64,000 bases of DNA from Magallana gigas (Eukaryota). How positions within the stretch are numbered: the first letter of the stretch is position 1; each line of letters begins with the position of its first letter. The notes under the pieces were generated by a model. The model was not told the origin of the DNA and did no database searches. It saw only the letters and a list, made by a program, of their open reading frames with translations. Shown here one piece after another: positions 12,001 to 23,501 of the stretch. Location: positions 45,756,001 to 45,820,000 of the forward strand of contig NC_088859.1 of the NCBI RefSeq assembly GCF_963853765.1. Reading direction: 5' to 3'. A program made the position numbers and the translations under genes.

Positions 12001-15000
12001 GCTATCTGTCTGACAAATGCTTGATGATCCTCTGCCCGACTGGTCCAGTTCTGGTCTGCATCTGCTACATTAGGCCAAGGCAGGATCAAGCTGTGAGACA
12101 GGGCTCTGTAAACCAACAGCTGTACCTGTCAAAGCAAAGACATCAAATCAAAATATACAAGTATCAAGAATCCATGTACCAGTAGTAAGAATGCAGGTAT
12201 GATTAAAAAGAATAAAGGACAGTAAAATATTTTAGTTTATTCCACTACCAATATTTACCATCAAGTTTAACTATGATATGAATTTTGAATAAAATCATAA
12301 ACAAATTAAATCAGTGAGAGTAACAAAGGAAAAGTATGGATACTAACCTCCATTGTGAGCTCAACATACGCTCCTTGACTAGCGTGTTTACACAGGGTCT
12401 GTGTACTGGAGAGGTGAAGAAGGAACTGGGGCCGCACTGTGGTGGTGATTGACAGTAACAGGTGTGCACTGGAATGGACTATTTTCTCTGGAATCTGAGA
12501 CAGAATAAAACCACATTATATACATATATATACAGATATGTATATATACACTGCATTGGCATGTACTCTAAAAAACTTTTATGCATTTTCAATGCTTGCT
12601 TTTTTTGGTCAAATAAAAAGAATTACAAATTAAAAGAATTAATTCTACAATACTGGACAAATCTTTGTAAGATTAACAGCACCCGGTAAATTTTCCAGAT
12701 TCACAATCAATCATTGACAAATAGATTTTAATGTGTTATATACTAATATGTACTAATAATAAGAGTTTACCTCTTTAGAAAACATAGGTACAATAGAGTC
12801 TAGAAGAGTTGATATAAGAGATGCAAATTTATCTTTATCCAAGTTGACTTTGTGTGTCTCACTGTAAAACTGTGACAGCCAATGGGCAAAGGCCTGTATT
12901 GATGAAATGGCTTGAGCATGCCTGTCAAAATAGAATCATTTTAAGAAGAATGTGTAAATGAATGTACTTCGAAAAGGAACAAATCTTCTGAATATAATTT
13001 TTAAAAACATTATCAAAGTTTATATCACATGTGGATGTCATCTTAGTAGAAGTTATATCTTTTAAATACTTACACCCCAACAAAATCGGTGTGAAGGACA
13101 TTTTGTATTGTTGATGTGACATTGAAAAGCTGTGACTTAGAACCATATACAACTGTATTTACTAATCTGAAACAAGAACACAACATAACACATGTATAAA
13201 TATACAAAGTCTACAGTTCTATCATATTCACAATCAACAGTCTCAAGAGCTTGGGTTTATTGAGAGAAACATGCCCACCTTTCCAACAACATCGTGCCAT
13301 CTGTAAATCGCTCCAGAAACTTCTCTCCAATAAAGTGTTCAGCCAGCCTTCCTAGTGCTTGTAAAAGAGAGGCCAAATCTCGCAGCGAACAATGCAGCTT
13401 CCGACATTCATTCTCTGCAGTTATTGTCAAGTGTCTGCCTTGTGCATTATTTCTGACAAACTGGTCCAGACCAAGATAAATATCCAAATGCTCCCTGAAT
13501 GGTTCATACTGCAGTCAAAATACAAAATGTGACATATTGCTTATTAAAAGGTCTATGCAATTGCAGTTTGAAATTTAAAATGATAAAGGAAACAATGTGC
13601 CTGCCATATTAACAGCATTAAAGACATACACATAGGTATAACAGTTAAAGAAGTGCGAGCTCTAAAATAGAGTTTCTTTCAGGAGGTCCTGCTTTTTTTA
13701 TTCTTTTTTTTTTTGGCATTTAATGCTTGTAGCACTGGAAGTTATAATTCTCACCAATAGCCGGAATGTCTCTGCTGTGTAAATTTCGGCCACTTTAGCA
13801 ACAATTTCCAAACTCTGACACAAGAAGGTCTGCCATTCTGTTTCATTCTGTTTTCAAAAAGGAGGACAATATTATGAAGCTCAAGTTTAACAGTTAATTA
13901 ATTCAGTACACCTTTGAACCAAAAACCTTCTATAATTACAATTTCACAACAGTTTTGAACTTTTAAATGCCGACATTATTCCAAACAAAATTCATTAATT
14001 GTGGGTAATACGAGGAACCTACATCGTCATCCAGAACTTCATCGTCCAGTTCCTCCAGCTGTGACTGGTTGTAGCGGAACTGGAGTTTGTGTAGCATATT
14101 AGAGACCAGGGATAACAGAGCTTCCTGGTATCTACAATCAAAAGCAAAATCAACTAAATATATCTCTGTATCTCTTAGTATCTGCTGAATATTACCAGTT
14201 GGCCATGTGTAGAATACCTTGACACAATTGCTGCGCTATTTGTGGATCTGTCTTTTAATTTATCATCCAGGTAATCCAGGAATGTATTCCATGTGTCCAG
14301 ACAGTTATAAAATCCTTCATTTGTTGGCTTCAAACAAAAATATGCATACACTAAACATTCAAAAGCGTGAGCATTCAAACATGTTCTGAATGCACTGTAA
14401 CAATTAAACTAAAGTCATACTAGAGCTTTTTACCTGTCTGAAAGTGTACTTCAACAATAAAGCCAAAAATTCTAAAACCGGGAACTGAGGATTGGATTCA
14501 AATCTCTTTAAATGTATACCAACAAATAATTTAAGAAAGTCTGTAAACTTCTCCACATAACTGTAATAAAATAACAACGTATTAAATACATGTAGTAATA
14601 TTTATCAATATTATTACAGTAATATTAATCAATAATAACAAATATGCAGATAAAGCAAGATTTTTAGATTCCAAAATTATACTGTTACAAAAAATTATTC
14701 AAAAAGATCTAAGTTTGCACTCATACCTTTCATCTATTTCTGACAACCTATTTCCTGTTGAATTTGTTCGACTATCTTTGGTTAATTTTTGTAGTAAATA
14801 AAATGTCTGTTGAAACATTTGAAGAAGATAGTCCTCAAATTCTACTGGAACACAGTTTTTGGACAGCAACTCATTAATACAGTTCATTGCTAGATTTCCT
14901 AGCACTTGTGTATTGGTGCTAAAGTTTGAATTCACACTGGTACTGGATTTCCGTATTTCACATCCAAATCCAGCAAAATGGAACACAGTACTCAATAGAG

Positions 15001-18000
15001 AAGGGGTAATCATTGAAGACAGAGGAATCCAGCTGAAGTACTGGGCTAAACATTTCAAAGCTAAACAACACAGATTTTGGGATTCAACATCTAAGGGAGG
15101 TAATGCTTCCAGTGGAATTCGACAGCTTGGCGATTTGAACATGTTGCTGAGCACATTTCCTGCTTTAAAGACAATAGAGCAACCCAGCTTCATTAAACAT
15201 TTTACAAAATATTTTCAAGTTCTTTTTTTTTCCCCTTCAGTATGGTTATTTCAATTAGTGTGTCAAAATTTTAGTCTTTAGTGCAAAACATTTGATCCAA
15301 AAATATTTTATACTCATCAAACAGTATATTTACCAGTATCACTAGATTCTAGAGGAGAACTGAACAGCATCACTGATGAGGATCTCCGGCGGGTGGATCC
15401 ATCTTCTCCTGAGGTGGGAGATGGAGGTGGAGTAGCAGCCACCAAATGGCGGTGCTTCTCAAGGACAGACTCCAAAATATCTACAAATATACAAAACAAT
15501 TTCAATACACATGTAATTACAGAAAAACTTGTTCAATCAAGCAATTGGTGGTTCTGTAATTTTTTGTTGTTTAAGAAAATGTGGCCAGATTGGAAAATAT
15601 TACATCTTCAAGGTCCAGTATTACATGTGTATTTTTTATAAAGAACTGCTAGTTTGCTACATAATAAGATTAACAAATTGTCACTATTGACCATGCATGA
15701 ATTTGTTTTATACATATTGCCAAAGATATATGCTCAAAAAATCTATTATGTTTATTGCCTCTGCACTGATATTGATATAATTTGCACAGTTTTATATTTT
15801 ATTACGGTAGTTAAAACTCAGTATTTTTCTGTATTTTTAAATACCATTGAATCAATTACTGTTCATGAACATTCCCAAAAAGGCAATGCTTTTGTGGCTC
15901 TTTTTTGTAACAAATTTTGATAAAAATTATGAAGTATCTCCATAATGTAAAGGAATCCAACACTTCATTAAACAAAAGATTTTTTGAGTCTATGTTGTAA
16001 GAACTGAAATTGCTGAGAGAGAACAGACAATAGGTCTATAATCGTCCAATAATTAACGAATGAGGTCAGTTAGGATCACTATTAAAAACAAGACGAAAAT
16101 AAATGGCTGGACTAAATGAGATAATTCACACTTATTAAAAGTAGGGTCTTAACCTGTAATCTGTCATTGATCAAAAAAGTTTTAGGCGCTTACATAAATA
16201 GTCTGGTTTGATTGGACATGCCAGGTTGCATGATATCCAGATTTTACAAATTTTACTGTATGTGTGTTTAAATTGAAATGCTAAATACAGTGTATTAATA
16301 AAAGATGAAAGCCCATAATCTTGCACTAATATCAATGAACTAGAAATTTTGTCATACTGCTTAGCAAGCTTAGAATTGTAGGAACTTGTCCAAGAAGAAG
16401 ACGCTGTAGCTCCTCTTTTCTTGCCATGCTGAGATCTTCTCTAGGAGAAGCGAGCTCTTCTGAAGAAGTGTGCAGAAGGATGATCCCAAGGACAGCTGTT
16501 TCTGGTTGTTGAGCAAGCTGTAAGTAGAATTCAATGCCCTTAATAATCAATTAACATGCATACTCAATTCCTTTTTTATTGGTACCTTCAAAAAATGATT
16601 TTAAAATATTTGTTTTATATATCCGGTTGTACTACATAAAGTATCATTCATGTGATGAACAGAATAATATATGTACTCCAATTTTAGTCATTAATATATT
16701 AATAACAATGGTAGGTTTTTTTTGTCTTCAAGCAAAATAGCCAACACAGTATCATTTCTGTGTGTACCTGTAGAATACTAGAGAAGAAGTCGGGGTAGAA
16801 GTGGGGCCAGTCTATTCTGCCAATATCCACTACTAACTTGACCAGTTTGTTTCTGATGTAGGTTGGTACTCTGTTGTGATGTTCCAGTAGGAAACGGTTA
16901 AGTGTGGAGCGGATTTCTAACTTATGCTGACCATCAAAACCAACCCACTGCTTGTTGATCAAGCTCTGAAAAATGAAAGAATAAACACTTCGTTTCTTTT
17001 CTCAACTTAAAACATACACACAGGAATTCTAGAAACCACAGATACCTGATACATATAATTATGTAGAATGAAGACAACCGTATTCACTTTTTTTTAATCT
17101 TAACCATTGTTACACCACAGGTTTTAACAAGTACCAATAAATGTGCAGATGTACATGTTCCTCTATCTGACATGTCAATATGAAGACAATTTGGAATGAG
17201 CAAAACCTTTACATCTGCTTGAAATTACCAGGGGTTTATTCTATGCAATAGGACTGGTAAACATAAAGTTAAAAACATTGGTCTATTTGATATATGATAT
17301 AATTAATTATAATGTACCCTCTCAAGTATTCATAGATTCTTCATCACTTCACTGCTGAAGTTTATAGTGAAGCCACAAAAAATGCATATTTTCAGTATGT
17401 TATATATTTATCATAAGAAATAGACATACAATTCTACATTGTAACTGATTGGCTTACAATATGCTCTGTAAGTATACTTCTTTATACATGTTTACTTCTT
17501 TATATGCCTTTGAGCACATTTTTTCTTCTTTTGATAAATCATAGATGCATATAGTATGTATACTAGCTTATATGTATTTCTAATACCCAGTACGGTATAT
17601 TACATCCCATATATTGGTACCAAAGTTAATATTCTAAAAAGAAATACAGGTGATTCTCGATAACTCGAACTTCAGGGGACCATGATTAAACTTCGAGAGA
17701 TCAAGAGTTCGCGAGATCGAAAGTTTTAAAAAATCTGGAAATTTTTGTTTCGGTCATTTTGGTTCTAAAATTATAGTAGCCGGAAATTTATATATTAATA
17801 ACTTGGAAGGATAGTCTGACATGATTTCAATCGTATTTTCTACTACATTACTTCAATTTCAACAATACAGAACTTAGTTGTGTGGTTTTTAATTGTATTT
17901 TTCACGTTAAAAAACTTTTAAGCATATTATGTTTTCTTAATCATTACGTTAGAATATTTTAAATAAAGATCGAGCAGTTTACCGTAACTTTATAAGTTAT

Positions 18001-19508
18001 TGAAATAAATAGATCAGTTACAAATTACCTATCTACCCTTTGAAGGAAGCAAGGGGTAGCGTCACTTACGTAATCAACCAATTACCACTATCTCGCTAGC
18101 CCCCAGGAGTTCACTCAACCATCCAGGTAAGGTCCACGCGGAGCTATAATTATACGCTTGATCGGCCGCGTGTGTACACAGCAACCACTTCGAGTTATCA
18201 AGAGTGAAAAACAATGAAATATGTATAACAGGACCCAGGTTTCACTTCCAGAGATCAAGAACTTCGAGAGATCGGAGTTCGAGAGATCAAGAGTTAATTT
18301 GCTTAGTTATATAGAGAAAAAAATTGGGACCGTGAGTTCACTTCGAGAGATCAAGAACTTCGAGAGATCGAAGTTCGAGCCATCGAGTGTCACCTGTACT
18401 TATTAATATTTAAGGTCAAGATCTAGTAAATGAAAGAAGCCTACAGGTTTATGAAATTCGGGATATAAATTCTTTCAATATTGCTTTGCAACAATAGCTT
18501 TGGTTGTTATGGTGTAGTAGCTCCTGAATTTCTGGTAAACACAACAAAAATCATGTTTTTGGTAGTAAATTTCTAAGTACATGTAATATGAAGAAAATAA
18601 GTAACAAATCTCAGAGCTTTAACCATTTTTAACCAATGAAATATATCTAGAATGCCTACAATTTCTCCAAAAATGACATTAAACAAGCTATTGGCCTCCT
18701 CTTCAAAATGATGTCAAATTTAATATAAGTATCGTGACTACATTTTCCAAAACTTGGTAAAGAATGTGAAGAAACAGTTTCATTTTCTACATAGCTCCTT
18801 TAAAGCCGTACAGTACGGAAAAAATTTTCATCAAATCAACTATGATATCATAATGGTTCTAGCACCTAAAAGACACTCTGGAATCATTAACTAGGGGTGC
18901 TTTCCATTAAACCAGCATCGCCAGATTTTCCGGTGTTGCCTTCATCACCAAATGCTGGAACACACGTTGCTGGCGAGCAATAGTGGCAACGCATTTTTTC
19001 ATTGCAGAATAGGAAACAATATGGTGTAAAGGTTACCATATTTTACAAAACTTGATTTCTGTAACTAAAGTTTGTCCTGCTACATCAAAAAACATTAAAA
19101 CTGCAAATAGCCAACTTTTCTGGACCACATTTTGATATAAGTATCAGTTTTAAGCTGCAATCGTCATTGTGACATTGCCAACTGTTCCATTAACGTCATC
19201 GTTTACCGATAACGTCGCCGACGAGGCAACGTTAATGGAAAGTGCGCTAGATCTTGACCTTAAACACAAAATACTTCATGTACTGTACAGGAGGGAGAGA
19301 GTTTTATCAAATTTGTGCAACATTCTAATATTTAGATATCTAATTAATAAAAGTTATTAAGCAAAATTTACCTCAATAGCAGTCATACAGAACATCATAA
19401 CATATTCATTGTTTGTGTTTGCCAAATAATATAAACAATGCTGCCAGGCATCTCTGGTCTGGGTAAAATTATTTAGGATTTCCTCTGAAATAGATCATTC
19501 TCTACTAT

Positions 19509-19573
<65 letters not shown>

Positions 19574-20655
19574 TTATACACTTATCCATATTGATAAAAT
19601 TTGGAAATAACTTTGAATTAAAATCATTTTCTCTGATTTGTCACTGTATATAAAAAATTTGCAAATAAAATTTCAAGAGTAAAATAAGTTGACCTGACAT
19701 TGCTGATTGAATTAAATATTGTATGGTTTATATTTCTTATATATTTCTCACCTATATTTCTTTTTCGTTCATTTGAAGTTCGTCCATCAAAGAACTCTGT
19801 CATCAAGTTCTCCAGGGCTTTGAGGGATGACTGGTCAGAGGCCTGAAATTTATAAGTACAAAATTAATTTCAAACAAGGTAGCTACCCAGTATTTTCCCC
19901 TGTACTATATATTGGCTCAATTTCATCCAGCATAAATGTGATCAAAGTGAGGTGATTCTAAAGTTGATTATTCATATTTATTTATTCACCAATCAAGGGC
20001 CCTCAGGGTGGCATATACATAAAAAAAAAATAATATCATGATTATAACAAATAATGAATGAAATAATAGTGCAGGTTCATATTACAGGCAATATGAAAAC
20101 AATCATTTCAAAGGTAAGGAAAATTAATATGGTTGGAACGCACAGAACACATATCAAAACGATAAACTGTATATCATTACAAAATTGATGCGCTTGCCGT
20201 AATGCTAGCACAGTTTACATATTAGTAATTAAAATCCCCAAGCTAAGACTGAACACTTTAAATGCCATAATGAGCAGGGAAAGAAGATCTATACATATAG
20301 TGATATACGTGGATTGAAAATTACCTAAAACTACAGAATTTCAACCCAATGTAATGCTATGAAATTTGGCATTATCAACTGGCTTATAATTCTTACAGTT
20401 GAAACCTCTGGACAATTAATTGAACATAGAAGGAAGCTCCAGTAACAGTTCACCAATGACTGGGGATATTTTTATGGTCGTTTAAAGTCTCCATTAGAAG
20501 GTTGAAACATACACAAAATATTGAAACGCTCCCAGATAAGCTTTTTAAAAAAATATTCATTCAGCATCAATTTACATTAAATTTCCTGCATTCAGCTTGT
20601 TAGGTCATCCCCCCTTTGAGTGATGGATAGAGGTTTTGTATACATTACTTACCAT
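470..20655 (-). CDS. XPO6: Exportin-6, 22 coding exons visible; 3' exons lie beyond the window start
   Basis: Exons in transcription order: 20653-20655 (ATG only), 19752-19842, 19372-19484, 16768-16965, 16358-16517, 15334-15480, 14727-15159, 14434-14560, 14218-14327, 14023-14131, 13755-13847, 13279-13508, 13074-13166, 12771-12921, 12348-12494, 11936-12125, 11513-11668, 11055-11169, 10515-10574, 10080-10191, 905-1075, 470-568. All are GT-AG and phase-consistent. Peptides match vertebrate XPO6 as recalled: LMTEFF, IRNKLVKLVVDIGRIDWP, AATPPPSPTSGE, ITAENECRKLHCSLRDL, GLRVQMGVPF, GQSFLQPDL. Confidence 0.95.
1447..1806. repeat. 360-bp segment bounded by a perfect 16-bp inverted repeat, with four internal degenerate direct repeats
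   Basis: GCACATATATAGGGAC (1447-1462) and GTCCCTATATATGTGC (1791-1806) are exact reverse complements. The motif GCAG(G/A)(G/T/A)ATGACC(G/A)CACA recurs near 1477, 1543, 1614 and 1651. No TSD is seen. Confidence 0.55.
2230..3237 (+). CDS. LINE ORF1p (coiled coil followed by L1-type RRM-like domain)
   Basis: The frame is open from 2224 to TAA at 3237 with no ATG at its 5' end, which suggests truncation. A coiled-coil region is followed by NNIKF..EKTNENL..IHRIP..RPVIAKF, typical of L1/Tx1 ORF1. Confidence 0.8.
   Translation, partial: TGAVNKGEKKSVNKTPETDQIKQKKLVQLNLKSAPSSVRNLVVSDKNPPKKPRTSSSDQTPDGDSDFITTIQDSLAEIKETMVKKSDIKDIVTEIITGLKNELKKEIISEIKKDLTKSVTDHVKTEFETKIEKQYKDFNSKTKEIEEGFNMDFESLKEKLHSQTRDIRILQSSLKDCQIKSESAIVLSNQNQQYSQKNNIKFVKWAEKTNENLRHDLCHILKNAINLDLDPTDILEIHRIPNGNQRGPRPVIAKFRNSESKLKIIRNRSNSEIKKVFTMHDHLTPANAKLIRDLNNDERIQTAWYYNGKVFALDEEGQRYKFDIMDTVSDKLKKR
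3456..7471 (+). pseudogene. LINE ORF2 (APE endonuclease, reverse transcriptase, C-terminal CCHC finger), broken by a frameshift and a MITE
   Basis: EN motifs INCQGL, LCLQDTHF, GPNSD, CGDFN, SRLDY and YRSDHS. RT motifs KSPGSDG, NWRPITLLN, DFEKAFDSV, GCRQGDP and QYADDT. Finger CTFC..ETIKHVFATC. There is a frameshift at ~3777 (the N-I-Y before GPN is missing) and a MITE at 6242-6459. Removing the MITE plus one TA rejoins RNN-IFWQDVF in frame with ORF 6509-7471. Confidence 0.9.
6242..6459. mobile_element. MITE with TA target duplication, inserted in LINE ORF2
   Basis: TA|CTGTGGAATCATTA ... TAATGATTCCACAG|TA, with multiple internal (TT)CGTGG/CCACGAA subrepeats. Confidence 0.9.
7767..8790. repeat. 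Tandem array of ~6 units of 166-171 bp (Cg170-like satellite of oyster Helentrons)
   Basis: The unit start TTCT(G/A)AGAAGAAGATTTTT recurs at 7767, 7937, 8108, 8274, 8440, 8607 and ~8772. The family name is from memory, not from a search. Confidence 0.88.
9183..9376. repeat. 48-bp minisatellite, 4 near-identical copies
   Basis: AGAACTGTAACTCCACAGGAAATTCAGATTGAAGGATCATGAAGCTAC x4, with only two substitutions seen. Confidence 0.95.
9776..9870 (-). pseudogene. Degenerate tandem copy of the XPO6 exon at 10080-10191 (pseudo-exon)
   Basis: The minus strand reads ..ATGGATCAAATTCACCCTATCATAGCACAG|GTAAAT, versus the true exon ..ATGGATCAGATTTATCCTATCATAGCACAG|GTAAAT. The upstream part is decayed and has indels. 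Confidence 0.7.
17647..18396. mobile_element. 750-bp MITE with TA TSD (Tc1/mariner-like)
   Basis: TA|CAGGTGATTCTCGATAACTCGAACTT ... AAGTTCGAGCCATCGAGTGTCACCTG|TA, with subterminal TTCGAGAGATC repeats. Confidence 0.85.
18414..19259. mobile_element. Kolobok-type non-autonomous DNA transposon
   Basis: TTAA|GGTCAAGATCTAG ... CTAGATCTTGACC|TTAA: a perfect 13-bp TIR with RR termini and a TTAA TSD. The TIR extends to 19/20 matches once the nested element is removed. Confidence 0.8.
18895..19247. mobile_element. 353-bp MITE with 3-bp TAG TSD (Harbinger-like), nested in the right TIR of the Kolobok element
   Basis: TAG|GGGTGCTTTCCATTAA ... TTAATGGAAAGTGCGC|TAG (13/16 TIR match). Confidence 0.65.
19511..19573. 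repeat. (CAT)21 microsatellite
   Basis: Perfect trinucleotide run starting ~27 nt upstream of the XPO6 exon 3 acceptor. Confidence 0.97.
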
Positions 20656-21136
20656 TCTTTTTCTTTTTTTATATACTACTGATTTTCGTCAACAAGTCTA
20701 GGTTAAACAGAAATAATTTTTCGCGATATTTTTCAAGAAACTGCTCAAAACATCTTCTAATTTGATCAACCCATTTTTTTTTCTTGTCAGACGACAGGTT
20801 GATGAAACTTCTCGAGGACTTCCGAGTATGACGCGTTTATTATACAATAGATCGTGATCAAATTATTCGACTTTGAAAAATATGAAACTCATTTTGCTTT
20901 CTGAAATAAATGAAATGTTCTGGGAAAATATAAATCTTGTGTCTGTAAACTTTTAGGGAAGATGACATCCTATATACAATGGTATTCGCTTCACCAAATG
21001 TAATCACCAAAATGTTTTGATCAGGATAATTATTCAAGCGCACTTTAAATAAGTTTGCTGACACTGATCAAGGTTAGAGCACGAGTTTGGTAATTCAACA
21101 TTGCATAGTGCTGGAAATTGCATGTCATATTAACTT
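20656..21136. promoter_or_regulatory. Putative bidirectional promoter / 5'UTRs of XPO6 and TOMM22
   Basis: 481 bp separate the two divergent ATGs, and the interval is locally richer in CpG than the flanking introns. Promoter function is inferred. Confidence 0.6.
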
Positions 21137-22569
21137 ATGGAAATACCTGCTTCTGGTGACCAGATAATGGAACTTACAGGGGACAAGTTGAAGGAGTTAA
21201 CTAATGCAATTGAGGACGAAGAGGATGACGATGAGGTAAAACTAAATACCACGGACTTGTAAATCTATAGTCCTATTTGTTGCTAAACAAATTGTGTTTG
21301 GAAAAAAATGTGTTACCTTTGCATTTTGCGTATTTAGATATGAAGTGCATCTTTTTAAAAGATGACACAATAATGCATTATTATGTGCAGTTAAAAGTTA
21401 GCTCAACATATGCATGTCGTCCAAAATTTATTTCATTTTGACAAGAAAACTAATTTATTAAATTTAATGTACTCATGTTGAATTGCCAAAAAATGTAGTT
21501 TAAATTTCCAGCTGCAACTCACATCCTTTCCCATTAAAATTAGAGAATCTCACATTTGATCTCTGACAATTTTTCTATACAATACTGATCTGACCTAACC
21601 TAACAGAAAGTAAACTTAAAGTTAAAACCCTTGGTTTACTAGAGTGGACACAGAAAGTAAAAACCGTTCAGAAGTATACCCCTGAAAGCAGACGCAAATG
21701 TGTATTTTGAATATACAAGGGGCAGGAATTACAAGCGAATTACCTTATAAGCAATAAGATGGTATGATAAAAGACGGGCCTGCTTCACACTTCATTGCGT
21801 TCAGTGGAAAAGGAAAACCGCAAGTAAACCCAAATTAACCAAGAGTGGACCCAAAGTAAACCCCAAGTGGATGCAAATTTTCAAAAAGCAAACTCAGAGT
21901 AAACTTCAAGATAACCCCGAAAGTAAACCTGTGGTTTAGTTGGGGTCTGCTCTGGCATTAGGTTGGGTCTGATCGGTACTGTATATGTATTCTTTTGTAA
22001 AGATGAGACCAACAAATACTGACAATGAACATAATTGTATTTGTTTCAGGAATTGGATGAAACCCTAGTAGAAAGATTAATTGGGCTAACAGAAATGTTT
22101 CCAGATTCAGTCCGTAATGCTGTCTGTAGTGCAGGATCCTTTTCATGGAAAGCCATGCAGTGGAGTTTCTCATTCAGCAAGAGTGCAATGTGGGTAGCTG
22201 TGTCTGCAGGAACAATACTGGTTCTACCAGTGATGTTCGAAAATGAAAGAGCACAAATGTTAGACCAGCAAAAGCAGCAGGAAAAACAGGTGTGTTAAGA
22301 TTGATCTTTACCTATTTTCATATCTTTTTTCATAATGGTAATCATGGTCAAAGAGTTAAAAAAAACCCATGTGATCAGAATACAGTTACTACTACATGGT
22401 AATGAGAGTATGCATTAAATAACACATGAAATGAAAAATTCTGTTTTAGATTTTATTAGGACCACATTCAGCTATGTCAGGGCCAGGAATGGTGCCTCCG
22501 GGAATGTTGCCACCAGGCATGGTACCCCCACCCCCATCAATGGCACCTCCCCCTCCTGCCTCGTCTTAA
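21137..22569 (+). CDS. TOMM22: Mitochondrial import receptor subunit TOM22, 3 exons, 152 aa
   Basis: Exons 21137-21235, 22050-22289 and 22450-22569. Acidic N-terminus EDEEDDDEELDETLVERLIGLTEMFP, TM segment MWVAVSAGTILVLPVMFE, then QKQQEKQ-ILLGP. Confidence 0.93.
21580..21981. mobile_element. 402-bp MITE with TA TSD in TOMM22 intron 1
   Basis: TA|CAATACTGATCTGACCTAACCTAA ... TTAGGTTGGGTCTGATCGGTACTG|TA (imperfect TIR), with internal AAGTAAACCC repeats. Confidence 0.7.
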
Positions 22570-23237
22570 CCCTTGGTCTTGTGTACAGATATGTGATTCA
22601 TTTTTCTGTTGTTTAAATGATCATTGTGTGTTGTATAAATGTGTGTGTGGAATATGTATGGATATGAGTTATTGTAGCAGAGTGATGAAAATTAAAGATA
22701 ATTTCGAAACACATAGTTTTTTATTTTTGTTTTTTTTATTAGGTTTTTGAAATACTGTAGAAGCAGAAATATTTGTTGAGGATTTAATTTTGTTATTTTC
22801 GTTGGCAGTATTTATTAATGAAATTAAATCCATGCTAATTTTTAACCAAAGTACATGTACATGTATTCATAAATACAAAGTTGAATTTAGAGATTAAGAT
22901 GTGACTATAAAATTAAATTTCAACGAGATTGTATTTGGTTTAAAAACAATGAAATTTATGTGCTTCTGCGGTATGCCTCTGCATTTCTGCTATGAAAATT
23001 TCACACACTTAGCATTTCTTTAGCCAAAGTTTTCTTGATCAGAAGAATGAAAAGAAAATGCACTTACTTAACTTAAAATGCATTTCATTATCTCAGATTA
23101 TTCTCATGACATTATACTACCCCACGATATTAGTCGCAGTAGGTGATTCGGAAATTGTTTTGATCTTTGGTCAGTCAGTCAGCCCAGTTTTAATGGTCAG
23201 TAGAACTCTTCTTAAACCACTGCACACAATTTGGAGT

Positions 23238-23297
23238 TAACAAGGTGATTCCTTTATACCCCCCCCCCCCCAACCTTCGTTTGCGGGGGTATAATAA
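23238..23297. mobile_element. Minimal Helentron-like remnant (AACAAG start plus terminal hairpin)
   Basis: AACAAGGTGATTCCTTTATACCCCC..AACCTTCGTTTGCGGGGGTATAA, a TATACCCCC/GGGGGTATA hairpin. Confidence 0.5.
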
Positions 23298-23501
23298 GGA
23301 CATAATTTATACATGAGCTTATGGGTCATTATCAAAATATGCAGACTTTTGAAAAATGTAAAACATGAGAAAATCATTGCTGAAAAAATTACTTTGATTG
23401 CAAAAAACACATTTAACAAACAATGAAGTATAACATCTAAAAATTTGCAAACATTGGAATCTACCATTTAGCTGATAATTAGACTAAAATGTAATGAACT
23501 G

